A stretch of DNA of 64,000 nt from Bacillota bacterium (GCA_023396095.1 JAEWXG010000012.1:19942-83941), one strand, 5' to 3'. Numbered from the stretch's first letter, positions 1 through 10,046 are shown. Translations and numbers: made by a program. The notes: a model not told the origin generated them from the sequence alone.

Positions 1-1380
1 ATAAAAACATATTAAATTATTTTGCTCTTTTGTTAAAACATCCTTTTTTGGAATGTTCTCCTCTACTTTATTTTTCTCTTTCATTTTTTCTTTTAAAATA
101 ATCTTTAAATTGTGTTCAGAAATTTTTGTGCGTTTATATATCTCACTTAAATATGCCTCAATTGCGTAATTGTCAGTTGTATCAATTAAGAAACCAATAG
201 CCTCCTTAGCAAATTTCTCACGACTTTCACTACTATTTATCAAATCATATTTTTCTGCAATAGTATCAATAATATGCTCGATATATGGCCTGGCATTGTT
301 AAGCAAATCCAAAAATTTCTCCTTTCCAAATTCCTTTAAATATTCATCCGGATCCTTTTTGTCGGGAATTTTTATTACTTTTATATTTAATCCTTTCGCT
401 TTAAAAAGTGGAAAGGATCTCATCATTGAGTTTTGTCCTGCAGAATCACCATCATAACAAAAATATACATTGTTTATATGGCAAGCTTTTAATTTTAATA
501 TTTGTTCTGACGTTAAAGCCGTCCCCATAGATGCAACGACATTCTCAATCCCATATTGATATAACGCCATAACATCCATATATCCTTCAACAATAATTAC
601 ATCTTTTGGATTGTTCAATGTCCTTAAATATTTTTTTAAATTATTAAGACCAAATAAAATATTCTTTTTTTGAAATACAAGCGACTCACTGGAATTAACA
701 TATTTACTCACATCTTTATTATTTGTCAAGTCCCTTGCTCCAAAACCAACAACTGTTTTTTCAGGAGTAATAATTGGAATTATTAGTCTACCCTCAAAAA
801 AATCAACTAACCCAACACTTGTTTTCTTCACTAATTTTGCTTCTAGTAGTTGTTTATCAGAAAAACCTATTTTTTTCATGTAACGAACTAAACCGCTAGG
901 CGAAGGCGAATATCCTATTCCAAAATTTGTCATAACCTTCTCATCAAATTGTCTACTTATTAAATAATCAAATGCTGGATTTGGTTTTTTCTTAAATTCT
1001 TGAATATAATAATATCCTGCTTGTTTGTTAATTTCCAAAATATCATTTTTAATTTTCTTATTTTTTAATGTTTCATCAACATCAAAATTCTCAGGCAAAC
1101 TCATACCAGCCCTTGCAGCTAATTGTTTTAAAGCTTCAATAAACGATATGTTTTCAAACTCTTGTAAAAATTTAATTACATCACCTGTTGCCTTACATCC
1201 AAAACAATAGTATGATTTTGAATCTGGATAAATATAAAATGACTTGTTAGTGTCTTGATGAAATGGGCAAATTGCAGCATATTTATTCCCAACTCTTGAT
1301 AAGTTAATTTTTGATGAAATAAACTCAACAATATCAATATTGTTTTTTAAATCATCTATAAATTGATTAAAATCAGCCAT
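1..1380 (-). CDS. dnaG: DNA primase DnaG; C-terminal part cut by the window edge (absent from supplied ORF track)
   Basis: Manual translation of the minus strand from ATG 1380..1378 (SD GGAGTG upstream). N-terminus MADFNQFIDDLKNNIDIVEFISSKINLSRVGNKYAAICPFHQDTNKSFYIYPDSKSYYCFGCKATGDVIKF is a CHC2 zinc finger. Later VIIVEGYMDVMALYQYG...YDGDSAG is the TOPRIM domain. The N-terminal and TOPRIM segments and the last 20 codons (positions 1..60, no stop) were translated; the rest of the frame is assumed open because the track reports no stop-bounded ORF here. Confidence 0.9.
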   Translation of the reverse strand, partial: MADFNQFIDDLKNNIDIVEFISSKINLSRVGNKYAAICPFHQDTNKSFYIYPDSKSYYCFGCKATGDVIKFLQEFENISFIEALKQLAARAGMSLPENFDVDETLKNKKIKNDILEINKQAGYYYIQEFKKKPNPAFDYLISRQFDEKVMTNFGIGYSPSPSGLVRYMKKIGFSDKQLLEAKLVKKTSVGLVDFFEGRLIIPIITPEKTVVGFGARDLTNNKDVSKYVNSSESLVFQKKNILFGLNNLKKYLRTLNNPKDVIIVEGYMDVMALYQYGIENVVASMGTALTSEQILKLKACHINNVYFCYDGDSAGQNSMMRSFPLFKAKGLNIKVIKIPDKKDPDEYLKEFGKEKFLDLLNNARPYIEHIIDTIAEKYDLINSSESREKFAKEAIGFLIDTTDNYAIEAYLSEIYKRTKISEHNLKIILKEKMKEKNKVEENIPKKDVLTKEQNNLICFY

Positions 1381-1734
1381 ACTCACTCCACTATCAATAA
1401 CAAAACCTTATAATGTTTTAGACATGTCTTTATAGTATATAGTAATTTATAAAAAATGTAAACGCTTAAAAATTTTAAGATTGTATTAAACATTTGAATA
1501 TTATTCATTTTTTGAAATTGCACATAAACTATTAATCTATTAAACAACACTTTTTCTCACGTTTAAAAGCTATCCATAATACATCGCATTTAATAATCTA
1601 TTTTTTAAACTATATTTTTTATACTACTAAATATGTATGCTTATAAATAAATTAATCGCTCATAACGTGACTCAATTAATAGTGCTTAAGCAATTTATCA
1701 TCATCAACTTTACTCTTTTAAAATGTTCAAGGTA

Positions 1735-1743
1735 TGGTATAAT
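1735..1743 (+). promoter_or_regulatory. Extended -10 promoter element (TGgTATAAT) for the M28 peptidase gene
   Basis: TGGTATAAT lies about 65 nt upstream of ATG 1808; no clear -35. Confidence 0.5.
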
Positions 1744-1807
1744 AAATGTTGATTTTGAAAATTTTTAACGATTTATTTAAAAAACAAAATGATTTTGGGG
1801 GTAAGCA

Positions 1808-3034
1808 ATGTTTTCTAATCAAACTCGTGAAAATTCAACTAAATATGTTGAAGACTCAATTAAATATATTTGCAAAGAAATAGGTCCTAGAGAACCTGGA
1901 ACTGCTTCAGAATTAAAGTGCCAAGAATGGCTAAAATCTGAAATTGAAAAAAACAATTGGGCTAATGAGGTAAAAATTGAGCCGTTTATTGTTTCTCGTC
2001 ACGCTCTTGTCGGATTTACAAAAATTATTGCTGTAATGTTAATGATTGCGAGTATTTTTCAGTTAACTTTTTTTGCTAACAACTTGTACTATAAAATCTT
2101 TAGCACAATATCTTTATTTCTGGTAATTTCATCATTTTTTATTCTCATAACAGAGTTTGGTCTGTATTTAAAAGTTATTGATAAATTTTTACCACAATCG
2201 ATTTCAACTAATTTATACGCGAAAATCAAACCTAGTGGTGAAATAAAGAAAAGAATAGTGTTTAATGGGCATACAGACTCAGCTTATGAGTGGTCATTAA
2301 TGAAAATACATCAAAATTTTATGATATTTGTTTTAGGGACTATTGCTATTGCTAATTTAGCTTTTTTAGGAATAATTATCGCAGCTCTTGCAACTGACTT
2401 AAATAATTTAAAATTAGGATCGTTAATATTAGGACTAATTACTTTCGTATTAGATATAGGTTTATTTTTTATGTGTAATTTTAATGTTGTTGTACCTGGA
2501 GCAAATGATAACTTAACTGGAACTATGATTTCAATGGCTGTTTTAAAAGCAATAAAAGAAGAAAATATACAATTTGAAAACACAGAAGTTTGCATTATGT
2601 TAAGTGGTTCAGAAGAAGCTGGATTAAGGGGAGCTGAAGCGTGGGGTAAAGCCCACAAACAAGAATTAACAGAAATTGATACAGCTGTAATTGTCTTTGA
2701 TACATTAAGAGATAAAGATTATGCAACAATATATACTCGTGATATGACTTGCCTTGTAAAAAATTCGCAAAAGGTGGCTTCTCTACTAGATAAGGCAGCA
2801 GCAAAAAGTGGATATCATCTCCCTCACCATGGCGTTCCATTTGGCGCTTCAGATGCGGCAGCTTTATCAAAACAAGGCATACATGCATGCTGTGTTGCTG
2901 CGCAAAATCCAAAAGGCACAACTTGGTATCATAATACACGTGATTGCGCCGATAATTTAAATCCAGAAACTATTAGGCTTGGAGTCGATTTGGCTTTAAA
3001 TGCATTAGAAATTTTTGATAAAGAAGGTTTTTAA
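1808..3034 (+). CDS. M28-family metallopeptidase, membrane-embedded
   Basis: 408 aa. M28 ligand motifs NGHTDS, GANDNLTG, SGSEEAGLRGA and WYHNTRD are present, with four strongly hydrophobic helices interspersed. Confidence 0.75.
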   Translation: MFSNQTRENSTKYVEDSIKYICKEIGPREPGTASELKCQEWLKSEIEKNNWANEVKIEPFIVSRHALVGFTKIIAVMLMIASIFQLTFFANNLYYKIFSTISLFLVISSFFILITEFGLYLKVIDKFLPQSISTNLYAKIKPSGEIKKRIVFNGHTDSAYEWSLMKIHQNFMIFVLGTIAIANLAFLGIIIAALATDLNNLKLGSLILGLITFVLDIGLFFMCNFNVVVPGANDNLTGTMISMAVLKAIKEENIQFENTEVCIMLSGSEEAGLRGAEAWGKAHKQELTEIDTAVIVFDTLRDKDYATIYTRDMTCLVKNSQKVASLLDKAAAKSGYHLPHHGVPFGASDAAALSKQGIHACCVAAQNPKGTTWYHNTRDCADNLNPETIRLGVDLALNALEIFDKEGF

Positions 3035-3085
3035 ATATAACATTAAGTTTTATATTTTCTAAATTTTTTATGTTAAAATTAAACC

Positions 3086-4084
3086 ATGGATATTAATGAT
3101 TTTTATATATTTGAAAACAATTATCTTTCTAAATTTGCTAAACGCAGTTTAGACACTTTTGGGCGCGATATACAAGAGCCTAACGATCCTTTTAGAACTC
3201 CATTCCAACACGATAGAGATCGTATTTTGCACTCAAAAGCATTTAGAAGACTAAAACATAAAACACAAGTTTTTTTATCACCAGAAGGTGATCACTACAG
3301 AACTCGCCTTACTCATACGCTTGAAGTTTCTCAAATATCTCGCTCAATTGCTAGAATTTTAAAATTAAATGAAGATTTAGTTGAAGCAATCTCTTTAGGA
3401 CATGATTTAGGTCATACCCCATTCGGTCATGAGGGTGAAAAAATTTTGCAACAAATTAATCCTAACTTTAAACATAATGAACAAAGTGTACGCGTTGTTA
3501 AATATATAGAAAAAAATGGCGCTGGGTTAAATTTAACTAAGGAAGTTATTGATGGTATATACAATCATACCTCAAATGGTTCTCCTTTTACTCTTGAAGC
3601 CAAAGTTGTATCATTTGCAGATAGGATTGCTTATATTAATCACGATATTGATGATGCTATCAGAGCAGGGATTTTGTTAGAAAATCAACTTCCAAAAAAT
3701 TGTACAGAAATTTTGGGAAATACAAAAAGTGAACGTATAACAAATTTAATAAATAACCTTGTCGAAAATTCTTATGGTTTAAATGAAATTAAACTAGATT
3801 CTACTCACTTTGAGGCAATGCAAAACTTACGTAAATTTATGTTTTCAAATGTTTATTCAAATAATATTGCAAAATTCGAAGAACAAAAAGTTCTACATAT
3901 TCTAACATTACTTTATGAATATTATGAAAAACATATTGATGAACTTCCCCCACTATATATTTCATTATTAGATAATTGGGATAAAACTGTAGTTTTATGC
4001 GACTATATCGCTGGAATGACAGACAGATATGCTGTAAAACAATTTACAAGGATATTCATCCCAAGTTCTTGGGAAAAAATATAA
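3086..4084 (+). CDS. dgt: dGTPase-like deoxynucleoside triphosphate triphosphohydrolase (HD domain)
   Basis: 332 aa. Motifs FRTPFQHDRDRILHS, RTRLTHTLEVSQI and GHDLGHTPFGH are typical of the Dgt-like HD phosphohydrolase family. Confidence 0.85.
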   Translation: MDINDFYIFENNYLSKFAKRSLDTFGRDIQEPNDPFRTPFQHDRDRILHSKAFRRLKHKTQVFLSPEGDHYRTRLTHTLEVSQISRSIARILKLNEDLVEAISLGHDLGHTPFGHEGEKILQQINPNFKHNEQSVRVVKYIEKNGAGLNLTKEVIDGIYNHTSNGSPFTLEAKVVSFADRIAYINHDIDDAIRAGILLENQLPKNCTEILGNTKSERITNLINNLVENSYGLNEIKLDSTHFEAMQNLRKFMFSNVYSNNIAKFEEQKVLHILTLLYEYYEKHIDELPPLYISLLDNWDKTVVLCDYIAGMTDRYAVKQFTRIFIPSSWEKI

Positions 4085-4106
4085 ACCATATAAAAACAAA
4101 AGTAAT

Positions 4107-4135
4107 AAAAAAGGACTTTTGAAAGTCCTTTTTTT
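4107..4135. terminator. Bidirectional rho-independent terminator between convergent dgt and rplS
   Basis: AGGACTT-ttga-AAGTCCT stem, flanked by an A-run on the left and a T-run on the right. Confidence 0.75.
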
Positions 4136-4136
4136 G

Positions 4137-4490
4137 TTAATCTTTAATTATAATTTCTTTTAATTTTGCAGCTTTACCTATTCTTCCTCTTAAATAGTAC
4201 AATTTAGCTCTTCTAACTCTTCCATGGCGAACTACTTCAATTCTATCAATTTTTGGTGAATGAATTGGGAAAACTCTTTCAACACCTACACCAAAAGACA
4301 AACGTCTTACTGTAAATGTTTCACTAATTCCGCCACCAGATCTTGCAATTACAATTCCTTCAAATCCTTGTAATCTTTCTCTGTTACCTTCTTTAACCTT
4401 GATAAAAACTTTTACTGTATCACCTATACGTACATTTGCTAAATCTGTTCTTAAAGCATCTTTTTCAATTAATTCAATGATATTACTCAT
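4137..4490 (-). CDS. rplS: 50S ribosomal protein L19 (bL19)
   Basis: 117 aa. Full-length resemblance to bL19 ([22 protein letters not shown]...[29 protein letters not shown]). SD AGGAGG at 4506..4501. Confidence 0.95.
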   Translation of the reverse strand: MSNIIELIEKDALRTDLANVRIGDTVKVFIKVKEGNRERLQGFEGIVIARSGGGISETFTVRRLSFGVGVERVFPIHSPKIDRIEVVRHGRVRRAKLYYLRGRIGKAAKLKEIIIKD

Positions 4491-4590
4491 CTTAACTTAT
4501 CCTCCTAATTACGCAGTGTTCATGCCTAGGTTAAAGTATTGGAACACCCGAAGTCTTGTATATATTAACATCTTTAATTTTTAAAATCAA
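4491..4590 (-). promoter_or_regulatory. rplS promoter (TTGATT-17-TAATAT) plus about 70-nt structured leader; possible L19 autoregulatory leader
   Basis: -35 at 4590..4585 and -10 at 4567..4562. The leader contains a GGUGUUC...GAACACU hairpin just upstream of the SD. Confidence 0.45.
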
Positions 4591-4684
4591 CAATTTATTT
4601 TATAACAAAGACCAATTTTTTTAAATTTTTATAATTTTGAGGTGAACCCAAAAAGTTGGACAATCCAGAAAGGAGGTTCAACAA

Positions 4685-4762
4685 ATGCGTTTAGATTATG
4701 ATACAAGGTTAGATACTTATTTAGAAAACAAATTAAAAGGGATAAAAGCAATTCTTCATTAA
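4685..4762 (+). CDS. Candidate small protein, 25 aa (MRLDYDTRLDTYLENKLKGIKAILH)
   Basis: Strong SD GAAAGGAGG 7 nt upstream of the ATG. A 9-bp hairpin follows the stop. Below the length cutoff of the ORF track. Confidence 0.35.
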   Translation: MRLDYDTRLDTYLENKLKGIKAILH

Positions 4763-4790
4763 AATATGCTGCCACTAAAACAGCATATTT
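4763..4790. terminator. Hairpin between the small ORF (+) and the FGGY kinase gene (-)
   Basis: AATATGCTG-9 nt-CAGCATATT perfect 9-bp stem. U-tracts are short on both strands. Confidence 0.45.
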
Positions 4791-4817
4791 AAAATTCTAT
4801 ATGTAAATAAAATTAAA

Positions 4818-6371
4818 TTATTTTTCAGTAAGTTTTTTTAGTCTTCTAAATGTCACAATGTTATCCTTATAAATCTTACTATAAATTTCTTTATAGATAT
4901 GTTCGTAAGTTTTCACATTTTCAGGTATAGGCTTAAATACTTTTACTGGTTTGATTAATGAATTAACCCCACTTTCTATACTGTCAAATATTTTAACAGA
5001 CGCACCACCTATAGCAAGAGCTCCGACAGCACCTATTTCACCACTGCTTACTCTAACAACCTCTTTATTGAATATATCAGCTGTTAATTGCATCGCAACA
5101 TCTGACTTGCTTCCACCGCCAACAACAATAAGCCTACTCGCTTTCTTCCCATTTTTTCTTTCTATTAAATTTAATCCATCTCTTAATATATAAGCTATAC
5201 TTTCTAATATTGCTTTGTAAACGTGTGCAGGCGTATGATCGTCAGTAAACCCAAATATAACACCTCTAGCATCTGGATATAATACATAATGAGGAGCCCA
5301 GAATGGAAAAACAAGCAACCCTTGAGAACCAGCGGGAATTTTTTCAGATTGCTTATTCATTTCTTCTAAAAAAGCTGGAAAATCTTTTTCTTTAGCATAT
5401 TGATTACAAAACCAAGTTACTAACCAATATCCTCTGTCTACATAAAATTCAGGCGTCCACTTCCCTGGATATGAACTCGCCCAAGTATAAAAAGATTTAT
5501 TTTTGCCTTCGAAAAATTTATCTATTACAGTACAAACAGCCGCCATTGTTCCATAGCTTACAACAGCATCATCTGAATTAAAACATCCTGCTCCAATTAC
5601 TTCACACTGCTTATCTCCACCGGCAGCAATAATTGGTGTTCCTGCAGGAATGCCGGATATTGCCTCTGCTTCCTTTGTAACAAGACCCATTATTTCCCCT
5701 GATTGAAATACCTCATCTGCCAATTTATCTCTCGTAACACCTACAATATCATAAATTGCCTTTAAATTATAAAAATCAAAATGTGCAATATCATATGGAT
5801 AAACTCCCATTTGCAAACCAATCGCATCATTGAATTTGCCAGTAAATTTATAAGTTATATGTCCACATAATGTTAAAAACTTATATGTTTTTGCGTATAT
5901 TTCAGGTTCATGGATCTTAATCCAATTAAATTTTGATCTTGTCGAAACCATGTCAAAAAATGATTTCTTCACATACCTTATAACCTTCGATAATCCTTGA
6001 GTTTCTTTCTTCGTACTAATTACAGCTTCAGGAGATAATCTTTGATCCATCCAAGTAATCCAATCTCTTAGTGGTTTTCCATCTTTATCTACACACAATA
6101 TGTTATCTCTGTTTGTTGTGATACTGACACCTTGGATGTTTTTCATATCATCTTTAAGCTTTTCTTTAACTTTATTAGTGCAATAACAAACATTATCCCA
6201 AAAAGAATCCGGCTCCGCTTCAGCCCAACCAAATTTCTTTACAATACAGGGCTTACTTACGATTCTCTCGTTAGCTACAATATTCCCCTGCGAATCACAG
6301 ACAACAGCTCGAACGCTTTGTGTCCCAACATCAATAGCCATTATTAATTTATTTTTTTCACCCATTATCAT
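4818..6371 (-). CDS. FGGY-family carbohydrate kinase (substrate unassigned)
   Basis: 517 aa. N-terminal actin-fold motif MAIDVGTQSVRAVV and C-terminal VVGGGSKS. SD AAGAGG spacing favours the ATG at 6365 over 6371. Confidence 0.8.
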   Translation of the reverse strand: MIMGEKNKLIMAIDVGTQSVRAVVCDSQGNIVANERIVSKPCIVKKFGWAEAEPDSFWDNVCYCTNKVKEKLKDDMKNIQGVSITTNRDNILCVDKDGKPLRDWITWMDQRLSPEAVISTKKETQGLSKVIRYVKKSFFDMVSTRSKFNWIKIHEPEIYAKTYKFLTLCGHITYKFTGKFNDAIGLQMGVYPYDIAHFDFYNLKAIYDIVGVTRDKLADEVFQSGEIMGLVTKEAEAISGIPAGTPIIAAGGDKQCEVIGAGCFNSDDAVVSYGTMAAVCTVIDKFFEGKNKSFYTWASSYPGKWTPEFYVDRGYWLVTWFCNQYAKEKDFPAFLEEMNKQSEKIPAGSQGLLVFPFWAPHYVLYPDARGVIFGFTDDHTPAHVYKAILESIAYILRDGLNLIERKNGKKASRLIVVGGGSKSDVAMQLTADIFNKEVVRVSSGEIGAVGALAIGGASVKIFDSIESGVNSLIKPVKVFKPIPENVKTYEHIYKEIYSKIYKDNIVTFRRLKKLTEK

Positions 6372-6649
6372 AACCTCTTAAAATACATCTACTTTCTTTT
6401 ATATCATATTTTTTTTCATTTTTAAATATCAGCACTAAACAACTCAGGTTAATTTCCATTTAATTTATATTAATTTTCAACTGTTTTTTTCTTAAATATA
6501 AAATTTAAAAATATCCCCTCGTCTCTCTTACATTTAAACCTTATTGAAAATTTCATGACAATTTTAAAATGCAATAACTTTGATAATGATATTATATAAA
6601 TTTGGCAACAATATTTTTTAAACATTGCAAGATAATTTATGTAAAATTA

Positions 6650-6677
6650 TTGACAAGTTTTTTAAAAGGAATATAAT
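6650..6677 (+). promoter_or_regulatory. Sigma-A type promoter for the RHH gene-clpB operon (TTGACA-16-TATAAT)
   Basis: TTGACA at 6650..6655 and TATAAT at 6672..6677, about 20 nt upstream of the start codon region. Confidence 0.7.
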
Positions 6678-6697
6678 TTAGCTAGGAAGTGAGAAAT

Positions 6698-7360
6698 ATG
6701 AAAAAAAGTATGTACAGTTTAATGTTGAACGATGAAATTATTAATGAAATTGATAAGTTAGCTGAGGATCAAGGAACTAATAGATCTAATTTAATTAATA
6801 AAATACTTGCTGATTATACTAATCTGACCACACCAGAGCAAAGAATTAATTCAATATATGAAAGCATAGAGAGTTTTTTTGATAAATTATCTAATTTCGA
6901 ATCTTTACTTGAGCCAAACGATTCAACATTATCAATAAAAGCTCCTCTTACATATAAATACAAGCCGACTGTAAAATATGATATTCAAATTTATAAATCT
7001 TTTTTTGACAATACTATAGGTGAATTAAAAATAATGTTTAGAACACAATATAAACCTCTACTTGATACAATTTTTTCTTTTTTTGAAATCTTTACTAGTA
7101 TTGAAAAAAAATATTTAGAAACATATTTCCCAGACCAATACTATGGCTATAAATTTGATAATACTAAATTTACTAGATTTTTTATGTCAAACTCAAATTC
7201 AATTAATAATGAAGATTACCTTGCCGCATTAATAGCAAGTTATGTAAAAAGTATAGATATAATGTTGAATAAATATATAAATGAAAAATATAAAAATGAA
7301 TATTGCCTAGAAAAGGACTATGTAAAGCTTTTTCTATCAAACAATAAAATACTAATTTAG
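6698..7360 (+). CDS. Ribbon-helix-helix (CopG/Arc-like) domain protein with a C-terminal domain of unknown function
   Basis: ATG at 6698 with SD AGGAAG; the track start at 6689 is a GTG. N-terminus MKKSMYSLMLNDEIINEIDKLAEDQGTNRSNLINKILADY fits a beta-strand/helix/helix RHH pattern. The remaining ~180 aa were not recognised. Confidence 0.55.
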   Translation: MKKSMYSLMLNDEIINEIDKLAEDQGTNRSNLINKILADYTNLTTPEQRINSIYESIESFFDKLSNFESLLEPNDSTLSIKAPLTYKYKPTVKYDIQIYKSFFDNTIGELKIMFRTQYKPLLDTIFSFFEIFTSIEKKYLETYFPDQYYGYKFDNTKFTRFFMSNSNSINNEDYLAALIASYVKSIDIMLNKYINEKYKNEYCLEKDYVKLFLSNNKILI

Positions 7361-7376
7361 TAGGAGGCTAATAACA

Positions 7377-9977
7377 ATGAATGCTGAAAAATTTACACAA
7401 AAATCTATTGAAGCAATAAATTCTGCTCAAAACATTGCATTTGAAAATTACAACTCTGAACTTCTTCCAGAGCATTTACTACTTGCCTTACTTACACAAG
7501 AAGATGGGTTAATACCGAAAATTTTAAAAATGATGAATGTCGACGTTATTGCTTTGACAGATGTATTTTATAATAAGATATCAAAATTACCTAAAGTCAC
7601 TAATACTGAAGGTAGGTCAAAAGACTCAATATACATATCACAAATTGCGCAAAATATTTTAATAAATGCAGAAAAAATTGCTAAATCATTGAATGATTCT
7701 TTTGTTTCTGTTGAACATTTAATGCTTGCTATTCTAGATGCAAAAATTAATCAAATCAACAATTCTCTTTCAAATTATTCGGTCACTAAAGAGTCTTTTT
7801 TGGAAACACTCAAAAAAGTTAAAGGCCATTCAAGAGTTGATAATGATAATCCGGAAGCAACTTATGATTCATTAAATAAATATGGATATGATTTAGTTGA
7901 ACGCGCAAGAGAAGGTAAAATTGATCCAGTTATAGGACGTGATACAGAAATTAGAAATGTAATTAGAATTTTATCTAGAAAAACAAAAAATAATCCTGTT
8001 CTTATCGGGGAGCCCGGTGTAGGAAAAACTGCAATTGCTGAAGGATTAGCAATAAGAATATTAAATAAGGATGTCCCTGATGGTTTAAAAAATAAAACAG
8101 TTTATTCATTAGATATGGGCGCACTAATTGCAGGCGCTAAATATAGAGGTGAATTTGAAGAAAGATTAAAAGCAGTTTTAAATGAGATAAAGGAAAGTGA
8201 AGGAAAAATAATTCTTTTCATTGATGAATTACATACTATTGTTGGTGCTGGTAAAACAGATGGAGCCATGGATGCTGGCAATTTGCTAAAACCATTACTA
8301 GCTAGAGGTGAATTACATTGTATCGGGGCTACTACTCTTGATGAATATAGAAAATATATTGAAAAAGATGCTGCATTAGAAAGACGATTCCAGCCAGTTC
8401 TAGTTAATGAACCAACTGTAGAAGACACTATCACTATTCTTCGAGGACTAAAAGAAAAATATGAAATTTTCCATGGCGTAAGAATAAATGACCAAGCATT
8501 AGTTGCAGCAGCTACTCTTTCCCACAGATATATTACGGACAGATTTTTGCCAGATAAGGCCATAGACTTAATTGATGAAGCATGTGCTATGATTAGAACT
8601 GAAATTGATTCTATGCCTACTGAAATGGATGAAATCTCCAGAAAAATCATGCAACTTGATATTGAAGAGATGGCTTTAAAGAAGGAAGAAGATAAAATTT
8701 CCAAAAACAGACTTGCTATTATTCAAAAAGAAAATGTTGAATTAAAAGAAAAACTTAATACTCTTAAGGCACAATGGCTAAAGGAAAAAAGCTCAATAGA
8801 TGATATTCAAAATCTTAAATCTCAAATTGATAAAATCAACTTAGACATTGAGACTGCACAAAGAATGATGAACTATGAAGAAGCTTCAAAATTAAAATAT
8901 GGAAAACTTCCAGAACTAGAACAAAAATTAAAATCTTTAACAACTTCTTCTCCTTCTAGCAGCAACTTATTAAGAGACACTGTTACAGAAGATGAGATAT
9001 CAAAAATAGTATCTAGATGGACAGGCATTCCAGTGACAAAATTAGTTGAAAGTGAAAAATCAAAACTAATAGCTCTTGAGTCAATTCTCAAGAAAAGAAT
9101 TATCGGGCAAGATGAAGCTATTAAAGCAGTGGCAAATGCTATTTTAAGATCAAGAGCCGGCATAGGTGATCCAAATAGACCAATTGGCTCATTCCTATTC
9201 TTAGGACCTACTGGTGTTGGAAAAACAGAATTATCAAAAACAATCGCGGAAGCTTTATTTGATGATGAAAACAATTTGATAAGAATAGATATGTCTGAAT
9301 ATATGGAAAAATTCTCAATCTCTAGGTTAATAGGGGCCCCTCCAGGATATGTTGGATACGATGAAGGCGGACAATTAACTGAAGCCGTAAGACGCAAACC
9401 TTATTCAGTAATCTTGTTTGATGAAATTGAAAAAGCTCATCCGGATGTGTTCAATATACTACTTCAAATTTTAGATGACGGAAGAGCAACTGATTCGCAA
9501 GGTAGAGTGGTTGATTTTAAAAATACAATAATCATATTAACTTCAAACCTAGGTTCTCAAACTATTTTAGACGGTATCAAAGAAAATGGAGAAATTGAAG
9601 AAGATGCAAAGCAAGAAATTAATCAAATTCTAAAGCAAACATTTAGACCTGAGTTCTTAAATAGAATTGATGAAATAGTATTGTATAAACCTCTATTAAA
9701 AGATAGTATCTCAAAAATAATTGATATAATTATTTCAAAATTAAAAAACAGACTTGCAGATAGTTCTTTAAATTTAGATATTTCCAATAGAGCAAAAAAT
9801 GCTATTATTGAGCAAGGATATGATATACATTATGGCGCCCGTCCATTAAAACGTTATATACAAAATACTGTTGAAGTTTTAATTGCAAAATCTATATTAG
9901 AAAATGATTATCAGCCTAATACAACGCTACACATAGACTATATTGATGATCAATTTATAATCACAAATACAATCTAA
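7377..9977 (+). CDS. clpB: ATP-dependent chaperone/disaggregase ClpB
   Basis: 866 aa. Clp_N repeats, two AAA+ modules (Walker A GEPGVGKT and GPTGVGKT) and a long coiled-coil middle domain. SD GGAGG 8 nt upstream. Confidence 0.95.
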   Translation: MNAEKFTQKSIEAINSAQNIAFENYNSELLPEHLLLALLTQEDGLIPKILKMMNVDVIALTDVFYNKISKLPKVTNTEGRSKDSIYISQIAQNILINAEKIAKSLNDSFVSVEHLMLAILDAKINQINNSLSNYSVTKESFLETLKKVKGHSRVDNDNPEATYDSLNKYGYDLVERAREGKIDPVIGRDTEIRNVIRILSRKTKNNPVLIGEPGVGKTAIAEGLAIRILNKDVPDGLKNKTVYSLDMGALIAGAKYRGEFEERLKAVLNEIKESEGKIILFIDELHTIVGAGKTDGAMDAGNLLKPLLARGELHCIGATTLDEYRKYIEKDAALERRFQPVLVNEPTVEDTITILRGLKEKYEIFHGVRINDQALVAAATLSHRYITDRFLPDKAIDLIDEACAMIRTEIDSMPTEMDEISRKIMQLDIEEMALKKEEDKISKNRLAIIQKENVELKEKLNTLKAQWLKEKSSIDDIQNLKSQIDKINLDIETAQRMMNYEEASKLKYGKLPELEQKLKSLTTSSPSSSNLLRDTVTEDEISKIVSRWTGIPVTKLVESEKSKLIALESILKKRIIGQDEAIKAVANAILRSRAGIGDPNRPIGSFLFLGPTGVGKTELSKTIAEALFDDENNLIRIDMSEYMEKFSISRLIGAPPGYVGYDEGGQLTEAVRRKPYSVILFDEIEKAHPDVFNILLQILDDGRATDSQGRVVDFKNTIIILTSNLGSQTILDGIKENGEIEEDAKQEINQILKQTFRPEFLNRIDEIVLYKPLLKDSISKIIDIIISKLKNRLADSSLNLDISNRAKNAIIEQGYDIHYGARPLKRYIQNTVEVLIAKSILENDYQPNTTLHIDYIDDQFIITNTI

Positions 9978-9997
9978 CATATTATATTTCTTCTTTC

Positions 9998-10046
9998 AAA
10001 AAAGTGCTATATTTGTTTTTACTAAAACAATAGAGCACTTTTTTAT
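9998..10046. terminator. Bidirectional terminator between convergent clpB and ftsY
   Basis: Long imperfect hairpin AAAAGTGCTATATTTGTTTT...AAAACAATAGAGCACTTTT with flanking A and T runs. Confidence 0.65.

Noticed and set aside
8102-8704. Long antisense ORFs inside confidently called genes. Examples are 8102..8704 and 8873..9397 in clpB, 15615..16403 in plsX, 40632..41135 in feoB, 42836..43405 across the feoA genes and dtxR, and 60114..60383 opposite groES.
   Set aside because: Their translations are low-complexity and rich in Ser/Ile/Phe/Leu, as expected for the reverse strand of AT-rich coding DNA. They lack an SD, and each is fully embedded in a gene with strong homology evidence.
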